NCBI GenBank assembly: GCA_040954595.2 | Contig: CM082576.2 | Location: forward strand, 4,314,760 to 4,378,759 | DNA length: 64,000 nucleotides | From: Balanoglossus misakiensis | Taxonomy: Eukaryota > Animalia > Hemichordata | Direction: 5' to 3' | Shown here: in pieces, positions 49,560 to 62,900 of the stretch | Numbering within the stretch: position 1 is the stretch's first letter | Layout: the number at the start of each line of letters is the position of its first letter | Made by a program: the position numbers and the translations under genes | The notes under the pieces: model-generated | Seen by the model: the letters and a program-made list of their open reading frames with translations, nothing else | What the model was told of the DNA's origin: nothing | Databases searched by the model: none

Positions 49560-50635
49560 CAAGCCAGTGTCTCTAATGAGTTTCGTGACGTCACAATGGA
49601 CGTACACAATTTGGTTGCCATGGCACGAAGTCTAGGAATGTTTACTACTGGGGTGGGTGGAATGTGCCCCTCTGAAATTCTAGTAATGGGACTACCGGTG
49701 CATTCACGATCTTGAAAGACGGTTTATCTCACCGAGATAATATTTAAATTAAAACATGACAACCTCAATCGCTTTTTAAAATTAGAACATTGTTTTAACA
49801 TTTTATTGGACTAGCGTCAGCTATGGACATCTAGTGTGACGCCCTTCGAACTCTTTTATGTAATGGTATGACCCATTACGTACGTGGTGATTCTCTCAGC
49901 TGTCCTTTTCACGCTGAGCTCCCGAAGTTTTACAAGACAAGGTACAGCAAAATAGTTTCACCGTGTTTTGAGTTGCCTACATTCACGCCAAATGACGATT
50001 TCGACTGAAGACCAAACCACGGGGGAATAACAGCCGTCGCCGCTGCGATCCGCAATAACCCGTCAACGCCTCCACGTAGCTGCGGTTCATTGGCCTTCGC
50101 GGCCGATCGGTCGGAGTGAAAAGTTAGCAAATTCAAAATATCGACCGACCCGTGTCTAATCGGTGATACACTTGCCAGGTAGCTTAGATAGAGTCCACTA
50201 CTCGAGCACCTGTCGTTGAATATTGCCGTCGACCTTCACGGGGCCAAGCCATCACTGCATGACAGACCGACTGATTGATGTCAAGTGGACGCGCTCAGAC
50301 TTGGAGTCAGAGGTATTCGGTGAGGCTGTAAGTTTTAGGATGGACCTTATCGCCAATTTCGACGAGTAGGAAGATTGATCGATATTTCTTTTCCAAAAAG
50401 GTATACGTTACTTTACTACGTCCGAGCCCGGGGAACAGCAAATGGTTGAATGATCGAGACTGGTTGACGGGTTTCTACACCAAGAGTGCGCGTTTTATAA
50501 GTAAGTCAGTGTTTGGATTCGAGGTCTGATTAATATCACGCCCCTTTCCCGACCTGAATACCCGGTACCACAGAATTTGCGTGGCGCTTCTACTTGTAGA
50601 CGGTAGGTAAACTTTGCGTCCGAGCCAAGAAAAAC
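49560..50635 (+). promoter_or_regulatory. CpG-rich promoter/5' region of the CCDC198-like gene
   Basis: High CpG density; perfect CRE GTGACGTCAC at 49585-49594; X-box-like GTTGCCATGGCACG at 49614-49627; TACGTG near 49881. Confidence 0.5.
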
Positions 50636-50918
50636 ATGGGCTGCGGGTCGTCGTCCAATGCGGTCGGTGTGAGCACGGACTCGTTGAGCAGTCAGACTGT
50701 CAAACAAAACAACAACAAAAACGCACAGAACCAGAAAAATAATGTTAATAACCACAGAAGTAAAGAGAACGGTGTCGGAGGAGAGAAGGACTCATATGAT
50801 GGCGAGCAACGCCCAGACAGTAGGAGTACATCAAGGGATAGCGGAATAGACAGTGCGAAGACCAGTGACGAACGGAGGGCCAAACAAGCCGAGAATAATG
50901 TCTCAAATCCAAGTACAG
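50636..50918 (+). CDS. CCDC198: CCDC198-like exon 1 (MGCGSS)
   Basis: aaacATGG Kozak context; donor ACA G|gtagg. Confidence 0.85.
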
Positions 50919-53900
50919 GTAGGCGGAAAAAATATTATTTCCAAAGAGACCATCACGAAATTTCCCTTGGTATATAAAATTCAAAAACGTCGTGTTTTCC
51001 GCATTTCTATCGTGCGGGTTTTGAATATTAAACAAATGCACATCACATCACAAATGTACATCACAATAAAATTGGTACTTTTAAGCGATTAAGACATGTA
51101 TATTAACAATTTTATACGTGTACAATGCGGGAAAGTGCTGTTAAATTAATCGAAAGTGTAATATCACAATATCAGCGATCTCCAACCATATTTCTGCGGA
51201 TAAATGTCCATCATATGCTCTTTGCGCAAACTTCATTTTCTCTGCGTGGACCAGACGTTTTTATCAGTATGCATCATAACGAGCCAAATACCATACTAAC
51301 AGAAAACATTGCCTGGCTACAACCCGGATCGTTCATCCATCATGGGGGTTATCAAAGGAATTAACAAAGCATTGTCTCGAATATTTAAAATAAAACTGAC
51401 ATCACCCAACATGGTAAATGTTCACTGCGAAGTTTATTTTTAATGTTCCGGCCAAATTACGTCCATGAACTGAAATTTTGATGAATATTGAGACCTGATG
51501 AAATTCAATATTTTCTTGATGCGGATTTGATTGGAAGTGTCAATTTTGTTTTATGAAGAGCTAGAGTCAATTCTCAGGTCACCAGAAAGATTTGAAATAT
51601 GTTGATTGAACGATTGAAGAAAATTGAGAGTATCTCATACTCAAAAATATTTCAAATTAGGTTTTGTATCACCAAGGTCATGTATGTCAATGTACAGATT
51701 CTAAATACATAAACTGATAGATTATCCATGTATTGTGAAACGCAGTGCTTCTGTCTAATTTCGACCAGCAAATTTATGATTTTTAGACTTTTGGAAAATT
51801 TGAAAGTGCATACTTTTACCTCAATTACTTGCAGCCTGCAGCTTCCCCACTAGGCTTTGACCCCCCCCCCCCTCCCATAAGAATTTATTGCTCTGCCCTG
51901 ATTCATTTTCAAGCCCTACCTTTGCACCATAGGTGGCATTATCAGCATGACTGTAATTGGTTCAATCCTGCAGTTTCCACAGAAGATATTTTTTAATCTC
52001 CCATGCAGTCTTTCAAACAACCACTCTCCAGTAAAGTTGGAGAAATTCATTATTCCTTGCTTTTTGATGTGTGCTGTGAGCTGTGAGCTGATATGATGCA
52101 GTCTTTTTACCAGCTTGAGAGTAAGGGAGTTTTCAGTACTTACAACAGGGGGGACCACAAGAATTTAATATAATCTCTCAGACAATAATATAATAATATG
52201 TAGTGTGACACTTTTTCAGACAGGAAAGGAAATCAGCAGATTTAGACTTCAGAAGGAAAAGAACCTTGATTACAAATCAGAGATAGCAAGAAAAAGAGCA
52301 GTGCTGTCCTCACCCTCACCCTTGTCCTTATCAGTAACCATAGCAACCATAAACAGTGACAGACAGCCAAGTCTACTTCAAATATAAGAGAAATCAGATT
52401 CCATTAAATTCTCATTTATATCCAATATTAAAGTTTACACATTAATTTGTGGCAAAGGGTTTTCATTATTGGCAGAAACTGCATAAATATTAGTGCACGG
52501 AGACAATGAGGTTTGAAAGTTTGCAGACATAGACTGACTTGGTTGACAGTTTTGAGATGTTTCTGTGAAGTCATTCAGTTTGGATGTGAATAACCTCTAC
52601 ATGACTAGATTTGTAGATTCTGGGATATTATAAAATACACTTGTATTGTGAATCGACATGTCACCGAAATGTCAGACATTTCTTGAATGCTTGTTTTTTG
52701 CCAATTTCTCAGAGAAATATACAGATTAAATCAAAATTTCACAAAAGCACAGCATAAAAAGGCCTAATTTCACCTCATTTCACAGACCGTCGATGATTTC
52801 ACACCCAAACAATTCACAATAGCAGAATTGGGGAAAACTTATTATTTTTCACAGACTGCATCGTTACATTCCAAATGATGTAAATTGTTGCCATTATCGC
52901 AGAAATGTACAGAAATTATGATGCTAAAAAAAACCTTTTCGGTACTTTTGTTGATTGTGTATGATGTGGGTAATTTCAGTGAGCCTGTTTGCATGACTTT
53001 TCAGCCACCACAATAGATACATCCTCACACATTTTCCTGTAGAAAAAAAAGCAGCAATATTTAGCGGTATTCATAATTCACATCCTACTAAGAATGTGTT
53101 CAACAAATTGCCAACATGTTCTGCTAATGTCTGGCCTTTCAGTGTTACTGAAATATGCCAATTACTCGACTCATTTCTTTCTGAATAGCTGCGCACTTGT
53201 GGGTGATTCTCAGTATTGTACCTGATCTGGACTACAACAAATCTAATCGGAAATAATGTTTACTGAATGTAATGACAGAACATAATTCTCAATATTTAAC
53301 CTCCGTGGATATAAATTTTAAATACAGACAAAAGTGATGGTGTTGCTTCTTTCTGTCAGTCATCTGACTTATTTGACTTATCCTATATGTTTTATGGCTC
53401 TAGAAAAATTTTCCCGTGTGACCCACCCTAAATTTTTCCCTTCCAGACAGTGCCCTCTGTGGCAAAAAAATGTATATGAATGGGATTTAGCCATCACTTT
53501 GAAATAGGACAGACATAGTTTCATTCACTTGAAATTTTAATTTAAAAATACATATATTCCTTTGTATTAAGTGTATTAAAGCACATGTCTTCATTGTTAC
53601 AGAACTACTTTATCTGGTTACAACACTAAAAAATTTACATATATTTTTTTCTTTCTGTAACGCGTGTCTGTCTAAACAATATCTGTCTGTGTCACAAGAA
53701 ATTTGAAATTGAGTGTGCAGCTGTAATTTGGTTTCTTAGCACACTTGACATTCTGAAATGTTCGTGTAGTTCTGGATTTTCACATTTAATAGTTGAAGGT
53801 TTTACATGTATAATGGCTAATGCACATTTTAAAGTACTTAACAGCGCTTTCTGACATGACAGTGCCAGTTGATAAATGCTTATGTTTAAATTATAGATGT

Positions 53901-56900
53901 CCTCGAAAGCAATTATGTGGACATTAAAGTCAGCTTTAGGTTACGATTCACAACTACATGCAGCATAATATATAATCAAAGCTTGACTACTGAAAAGAAT
54001 TCATATGAAAGTTTGTACTTTTTAAATGCTAACAAATGAGCTGTCACTGTTTACCAAACAAGAGTGAAAGTTTTCTGACCTTGAAAGATTCTTAACATCA
54101 TTCTAATGATTTTGTTGCTCGTCATAAAAGAGTAAAATTTCTCATTAAAAGACCATACATGGGAGGTAATATCCTTTTACTCACAAAACATCATCACAGA
54201 TTTACTACTTTTCTTTCACGGACATTGTGAATGGGGGTGATTTTCTCAGACAAAGAGGTGTGTGACCGCCAGTCTTGTGCTTGTTATTAAAAGAGGTAAT
54301 TTTGTTAAATTACCGTGAAGACAGTGAAATTGAGCTAGCTAACATAAAATTGGCAGGTAGAACGCCAGTCAGACAGGAGACCCCTGATATTCATCATGGG
54401 TATTAATTCTCATGGCAAGAGTAGAGTTCCATACTACTCAATAGTTTTTATCTCAAAGGTGAAACAATTAATTGAAACATGTATAAAAGAACGCCGATCT
54501 GATAATAGACCTCATTGATGTGGCCGGCAATGTTTCACGTAACTTCAACCACACCAATTACTAAATACTAAATCAAGAAATAGTTTGATTATTGTTCTTG
54601 CTATAAACAAATGTCAACATCAATTTACTGAGTCTATAGAACTAACTATGATATGGCCATTAAAGCTTGACGAATACAAACAGTTTCATAATTCAACAGT
54701 TTCCGACTGTACAAATCCGTGCAGCTTTGTTTGCATTAGCAGAGGAGAGAGTCTTGGGTACACATTTCAAAGCACTTGAAATGTTATTGAAACTCAGATG
54801 CTAAACTGCAATACTTTTTAATTCCTCTGAAAAGATGACATTTTCAAATATTTTCACTTGGTTCACAGTGTGCCTGTGAAACAGAATCACTTGATCTGCT
54901 CTCACTGGATCAGTGAAATATTAGGAATCTGTTAATTGTGACTGTACCGACGGGCGTCATAAAGTGTGCTTTTGGTTCAAATGGCAGAGACTTAAACAAA
55001 AAGTACAGTACCTGAATAGTAATATTTCATATCACTAATGCACTTTTAATTGCCCTGTTTCAGGATATGAAGTATTATTAGTTGAAAATAATTGCATTTA
55101 AGTAACCCAATGAAGTCACAATAAAACATGTCAGTTTGAAATGAAGGCCACAAAATAATAGGGCTCTTTTTAATACTGAGTAATAATGTCAGAAGCTGAG
55201 ATTATGCAAACACTGTGAATGAGTCAGAAATACGTCATGCTGAAAGTTTCATAGCTTCTACTGTGTTTTCATTACATTCCACAATTTTTGACCGTCCTGC
55301 AATTTTGGTGGAATTTTGCAGGTCCATTAAAAACAAGGTTTAAGAAACAGACTAGTATGTCAAGAGTAAATAAAGTTACTACATGTAGCTTGTAGTACAA
55401 TAAGTGGTGTCTTCAATAATGTTCAAAACCTTTTTTTGTTCCTTTTTCATTTATTTTTACTTTTACCAAAGGCGGTATCAGGAATAAAGCAGTCAATGTC
55501 ACAGTCACTTGAGCTGAAGGAACAAATTTCTTGCAAATGAATCGAATAAAGTGAAAGTTAACCGAACGAAAGTCGTATGAAATCAAGCCAGACAGGTAAC
55601 AAGTGTCGCCATAGCAATCATACACAACCCTGTTGGACAAAAAATTAGCCACCTGCTGCTGCCAATGTTAGTTTAGAAATGCAGACCCTTGTTGCTATTG
55701 AGACAGTCATTTGTACATTATGCGGTGTTTGATTTTAGGGCTCACCTCATGTAAAAATCATTAAGTCACCAATGCCATGGGGAAATAACAAGTATAATTT
55801 TCATAGTCTGGGGTAATAAGTGTAATGAAAGTGTTAAACAGAACTGCATTCTGACGTAATGGCTCAGCATTGAAATGATTAAATATTGAAGTGACCAAAT
55901 GTTTGAAGGTCAGTCAATGATGACATTTACAATAGTCAATTTACCTCTGAGGCCATAGTGATAAAATTTTATGTTTTCCATCCTCTGAAAAATTGGAAAG
56001 TTTGGTGGTTGGTAAGCATCAGAATATCAGAGAATGTCTTTTCTGACCAGACATCTGAAATGAAGAACATTTTTATCAGAATTTATTTTTTCATAAAAGG
56101 AGATGCATAACAAAAAATTAATTACGTTGGCCTAAAAGGTATTTCTAGACTATGAAAAGTTAAAACTACCAAATAATGTAGTATTCACTATGGAGGCTTG
56201 TGTGGTTCAGGGCCAGAGCACTCAATTATATAATCGTGCTAGGTCATTCTGAACTCGCAAAGTGGCAAACAATGTATCTTTTCTGAAGTGACTGCATTTT
56301 CTCTATTATCAGCACATTTTACAGTAAATAGATTACTGCTGTGTCAAGTCTTCATACTCTCTTAACAACTTCTATATGAGGTCATCCTGAAAGTGTCTCT
56401 ACATTTATTTAAAAAGAAAAGACTGTTGGCTGCCGGAGCAGTTATCTTCACCAATTTTATCTGATTGAAAGACTTCATTGATTTATAATCAAGTTATCCG
56501 AGATTGCTAATCAAATAAAACGCTCCCATGCTATCATCTAATTACCATGTAGAAATCCTCATGCGCTGCCTTGACTGTACAATGCACCGCAATTTCTCTC
56601 GCTATTTGCAATCACAGCTCTTTCTCTGGACTTTGGCTAACTTAATTAGAAACAGTACTTGTACAACACTTCCTTGACTTCTCTCATGAGAAATCTTTCA
56701 AATGAACCACAATGCAAAACTGTTGAAGTTTACAGAAAGTGAATTTTGGGCCTAAAATTGACAAAGCTATAGTATAATTTAGATGCATTGTTAGAAAGAC
56801 TTAGTGTCAATTATACTTCCAATCCCACTGCATATTAAGTCATGGATCAATGAACTGGATTAATTTCATACATTGGCTATGTTGTCAGTGATGAATGTAA

Positions 56901-59900
56901 TTGGAATAATGGTCACGGCAGTTCTTGACCTTTTGAACCTTAATAGGAACATACTGTAACCATCGGTTACGGGTTTTGTTTCTGCCAAAGGTCACATGAT
57001 CAGAAAATGTTTGTTATATTTCTTCAAAATTAATGGCTTTATCATGTTCAAGATCATGAATACCCGGAAATTTTATGGACTATACTTAAATGTTATTGTT
57101 ATAGATTCCAGAAATGGTAGATATCTTATTTCTATAGTTTGAACAAATCTGATTATTTTGACTCGACTGCATGTCTAAACACCTGTTGCTACCAGCCCCA
57201 CCTTGCTGTATTCACGGGCTTGATAACAGCCAGTCAATACACACAGCGAGTGCCACTGACACCCAGGTCTGTAAACGACACCATTCTCTGCCCGCCATGG
57301 TCTGCCTTCAACAATTCATCGGTATCACCCAGTCATGCACAGTGTTTGCCCAAACTCTTAAATCGGCAATTCAAAGTTGCCAGTGTGTCGATCATTTTGT
57401 CTCGTTCACACATGCATGCAGTCCATGGTGTAAATCACGAATTCCTCCGTATATCAAGAGTCTATACCTTTGGCATTGTCTGTTGAGTAGAACGGACGAT
57501 ATTGGCTCACTGCCCAGTCTGATCAAGGAACCGAGTTGCGAGCACTTGACGCAGCAACAATTATAACTCTTGACATTTTTTATTTTAGTTCCTCAAAACA
57601 CAGATTCCATTTAAGATCAATTACCCGGTACAAACCACAAATGATATTTGTCCAAATTTGCTGGTCAAAAATTGTAATTTTCTACGTTAAAAAATAACAA
57701 TTTGTGTCGGACTGCCACTGGTTCACAGACAACAAAAACAAATACACTGCAGTCTGTGATATATACCCTGCACTTTACCCATGTATGTGTACGCACTCCA
57801 AAGTATCGGATATGCCACATAATCCTCTCATAGAGACACTAGCAACCTCACTGCCCATTGCTGTTTTGTTTATACATGTGTGACCATAGAAATTAACTTC
57901 CCTATTGTTGAAGAGCAACCAGGTGAATCAGATTGTAATCTGGGCGGAAAACTCCTTCGGGTCACTCCGGGCAATCTGCCATTGTAATGTGAGTGGCTGT
58001 GAACCGGTGTATTGATAAAGGTGCATGGAGGGTCATAACAGTGCTTTGGAGCTCTCTGTACAACTACAATATCCAGTTGTTGGGAGTCACACAACAAGCT
58101 CAATTTAAGACTTGACACCTATTAAAGTTACATTAATTTTGTTAATCCGGTTTGCGGGAGGACGAGATGAATGAGGGGTAGTTGTAATATATTGTCAGTT
58201 TGATTTTAGTACTGCGATTTTTGTTTTGGAAAATTTTGGTATGGTTATGTTGTGCTCAAGAAGACATTTTAAATTCTTACAATGTGGCTCTTAGTCTTAT
58301 GCATCCAATTCCTCACCGGATGGATGATAAAAGCTTTAAATTAAATTCATTGTAAATGACCAAATGCAGTTGTATGGTCACCATGCTGAATTTCGGAGAT
58401 AAACATCTCAACATCTTTTTGCCCAGTGGAAAATCATTGCTGAAAAAATGCTGACTCAGCAATTTATTTATTGGCTAAGTTTATAGCTGTATATTTTGTG
58501 TGGTGTTGCTTCATAACACTCATAAAAGAGAATCCAAAAAGCTGCAGAAATGACAATTTCTACTTTACTTATTCATTGTACATCGTGTAGATAGTTTGAT
58601 TACTTTGCCCTCTACTATGGCAATAGTGGTCACCAAGCTACGGTCACCAAGCAACTGTTGTTTTGTAAACAGTTCATATCAACTGACTGGCCCCACACCA
58701 GCCAAGTTTTGCCAGTTCAATTGTGGTTGAAAGCTCAATCAAATCTTTCAACTTTGTCATGTCGTGCGAAAAATAATTCCAAAACACACTGACAGTTACT
58801 CAGAATCCTTGTCAAGAAAAACACCTGCTCTTTGCAAGCAGAGCCTCGTTTAATTCCTTGCATTTCATCGTTGCCATGGAGTCGTCCAGACATGTCTGAG
58901 TAAACAGGCAGAGAACCAAACAACATAACAAGATTTGATGAATTCATTCACTCTGCGACCGTGCTCAGGATTCTGCAGGGTGTTGACACCATGGCAACGT
59001 GGAATGAATGTTTAATGTTACAGGGGTATGCGCGGTACAAGTTCAGCTTAGTAAAAAAATGTAATTTGAATTTGCGGGGAATGTATCGATCATCAAAGCA
59101 GAACTTTGAAAACAGAAATAAAAGGTGGATGTACAGACATTCTGTTGCGTTGGAATCCGAGGTGGCTTATGAGTTTCCTTCATTGCAATGACATGTGCAC
59201 ACAATATGCAGCTGCCTCCAGTCTGTTCGAATCCATCAGGTGTCTTTAAATAGAAACTTGCCGGGATGTACTCAGAGTAATGGATCTCGGTTTAAGAGTA
59301 ACGGAAATATAAAACATCCATCTCAAGGTACTCGGGGCTTTATTGGAATTGTAGAGAAAGAATTTTAGTCACTAGGAGGCCAATCAGTTGCAGATGCGCC
59401 CGGGAAACTTATTCAAAAGTCAACATCACTAAAATTTTCTGTTGTTTTATGTGTTTGACATTTGATCTGTGATGTCATTTGAAGGCAAATTTCGCTCTCT
59501 GTGTGAAAATTCTCTGGAAGAAATTTTCAAGCCATAACTTTGGGATCAAACAAGGCCAATCTTTGCTTTTCATTTGCCCATTATATATGTTGCTGGGTTT
59601 ATACAAGTGATTGTGTGTCTCTTACAGGCGTCCAAAACAATTGTGCATGTCTCATTTTAAGCGCACACATCATAGTTAGTTAATGTTTGTTTCTACATAG
59701 TACCATGGCTAGAGTGATGAATGACCAATCTTGGTAACCAATGAATGGAATTACACAATGATGTGATGCAATTCACAACAAAATTGGCAATTTAATTATT
59801 TTGTACCTTCGTGTTATTTTTCTTGAGCGCAGTACCTCCGATTTAATTTTTTCATTAGAAAAATTTCATTTCCTTTTATTTACAGTTCAAAAGCCTGTCG

Positions 59901-62900
59901 CTTTTGATATCCTTCTGGATGAAAATAATGCACAGAGTATAATCAAAAAGCACCCACCAAAGAGATTACAGGTAAGCACAAACATTCCAAATGCTGTTAT
60001 TTTGTTTGGTCTTAAGGTGTGGGTTTCGAGAATAATTTCAGTGGTCAATCAGGCGTTTACAAGTAATTTGAGTAAATTTATGTTTTGAACATCTCGTGAT
60101 GATGATTTGTTCCAAGTTTAGCCACTTGATCAGTTTATATATTCACTGGATCGAAATTTAAGTGCTAAACATTCTCAATGATACATCGGCTTTATAATTA
60201 TTGGGGAATTTTCAATGAAGCAACTCTCCCCAGTTTTCCATGATAAAAAAGTCCCACTAATGAAAGTTTGCGTAAGGCCATTACGTGACTTTCCCCTGCA
60301 GGGTTGCAGCATTTGAAGTAATAAAAACTTAAAACAAGATTAATGATTTGATTTGGCTTAGTCGTTCCACGGAATTAGTTGGAACAAATTGACCTTTGCC
60401 CTCAGGCAATGATGTCACCTGTAGCCGTATGTAGTGGCACTGCTCTGCTTTTTTATCAGGTGGGCATCCTTGCCAGACAAATAATTGTGTCCCCCTGGTA
60501 GAAGTTTAGGCAGAAGTAGTGAAACCTGTATAAACCCAAATATTAGCTCTTAAAAATAATTTTCTTACAGAGATATGTTCCTTTCTTTTCTTTTTTCACA
60601 TTTTTTGGCATGCTTTTTGGCTTTCATATGCTGATACATGGAAATGACAGTGCTAACTTATTTCAATATGTGCATGTTCAGGTATTACAGCCTAAAGAGA
60701 CACCATTGACAGCTGATATGCTTAGTGAGAAACTACAACTTTCTGAAGAAAGGAGAAGAGAGGTAAATCCGGTTGCTTTCTATAAAAATGAAGCTTTAAA
60801 AACGATTTCTGTTCTCAGTCTCAGCACTTTCTAATACATTGACCCTTTTTGCCATTAGGCTTCACTTCTGTTCGCAATAACAGAATGAATGGGTTCTCTG
60901 TGTCTGCAGACATCCAGAGAAAATTGGATTTGATTTCCGCGATTTTCACTGATGCGTCTTGCCAGGATTATCAGTTGTCAGGAGGGATATACATCACAGA
61001 CCGTCAGTCTGCGCGAAATTATCAGACGCAGTTGGGGATTCGAAGGCCATAAGAAAATCAATTTTGCTGCATGCACTATAAAGGAATGGCAATATCTATC
61101 AGTTTGACTTTTACTCAAGTGAAATATGTATTTACAAAAAAATTATGGTTAAGAATATCAATCCTGGCTTCAGCTATTCATGCAGACAAGAAAAAAAAAG
61201 CATAATCAAGTTTAGTGTGTGTCGAGGTTTAAGGCATGTTCCTGAAGTTGGATAGATTTCCCCCGTGTGTGCCCTGAATTTAAACAGCTTTTGTATTTCA
61301 TTGTATAGGTTTGAGATATCTTTGTTGCACCCGCTATCTTTCTACAAACCAAACAGATCTAGTTTGAATTTTGATGCAGTGACTCAAGTTTTTTCTATTC
61401 ACTTTTTAAAAGAAGCCATGGCAAAGATAGGCCTAATTTCCAGATGAAGCATATTGGACATTCGGTATCCTAGCAACTGAAAGTAACTGTGTGATTAATG
61501 ATCAGTTGTCATTGGCAACCTGCATATGATTTTTTTTAAAATAATTGTTCAGTCGTACAAAAAGAATGGAATACAAATGAGACCAGTAGCAAGGCCTCGT
61601 TCAAACATAATATTTAACAAAATGGTCACCTAATTCTTGAACCATTTTTTCCCTCAGCCTTATGAATGAATATGTTGTGTGTGTTAGTTGAAGAAAAATA
61701 GAACAACTAGCTGTTTGAAAATGTTTCACAAGTATCCATGTAATTTACTTTTACAGGAATTACAAAAACGTGCAAAGAGTGCGAGGAGAACGTCAAAGAG
61801 GCGGAAAGAAATCATGGCCGCCAGGGAATATGAGAAGGAACAACAAGAACAACAGTCAAAGGTCAGCAAGATAGATTCCTAGAGGGGGGTCTGGCAATGC
61901 ATGATGGGAGACAGTCAATTTTGGAGCATATTTCATTTTGGTGCACAATGTCTGCACACGGCAGACAGAAAGATTATTACAAATCTCGCTGGTGCATCAA
62001 GCTAGGGCGAGCCCAATTATGTCAAGGATTAGTGGGGAAGGGAATTGAGAACAGTCTTTATGTCAGATGAGAAAATGTCAGGCTGATTAGCAAAGTGGGT
62101 AAATTTTGCGCTTCTTGAAGCGGCAGTTTATATCTTTCTTGGCACCTGCTGATCGATGAGGTGTCTGTATATGTATTGGAATTGGGGGGAGTGATGATGA
62201 ATTCGTCTTGGCTGAATTGAATTCTGGGACAGGCAGCCTCAAGATAGCCATCAACGCTTCAAGTTAACATCAACAGAGAGATAATGCTTGTACACAGAGA
62301 ATCTCGTCTCGAAGTTTGCACACTCGAAAGCAGTATTGAAAAAATCAATATTTGTAATTACTCTGTCTGACCACACTTGAAGACTTTCCCGGAGTTCCTG
62401 CACATTGCAGCTGTCAATACTTATCAGGCGCAGGCAATTATTCCAGCCAGATTTAATATCCAGATGGATTTTTTTTCAATACAAGATAAAATATTTGACA
62501 GGTAGTCTTTTCTTTTTTTCGGCTTGTTAAAAATTTTGAATAGAAGTGGCAGTTTTCATATGCTGCCTTGGAGAATCAATAAACATCGGTATTCCAGGTT
62601 TCATAAAATTTCACTCGAAGGATTGGTTAATTTGCACTTTGGCTTACAAGTATATAGTGTGGTGTCATTATACTGGCAACTGCAATGTAAGGAGATGGGA
62701 TTGGAGCTGTAAGTATGAGTGCGAAATAAAGATTCAAAATAGATATGAGAATGTTTTTCACATAAATGCTGAAAATTTTTCAAAAATGAGATATGTATTT
62801 TTTATGATCTGAAAAATCGATTTAACTTTGCTTGCGAGTCATTATTTTTAAGTAATATGTCTGCCTGCTAACAATTTCATCGCTTTGATTCACAGCAAAT

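Noticed and set aside
57139-57566. Two overlapping ORFs of 115 and 131 aa in the CCDC198-like intron
   Set aside because: No recognisable domain on either strand, and the nearby acceptor (57137) gives an immediate stop in phase 1.
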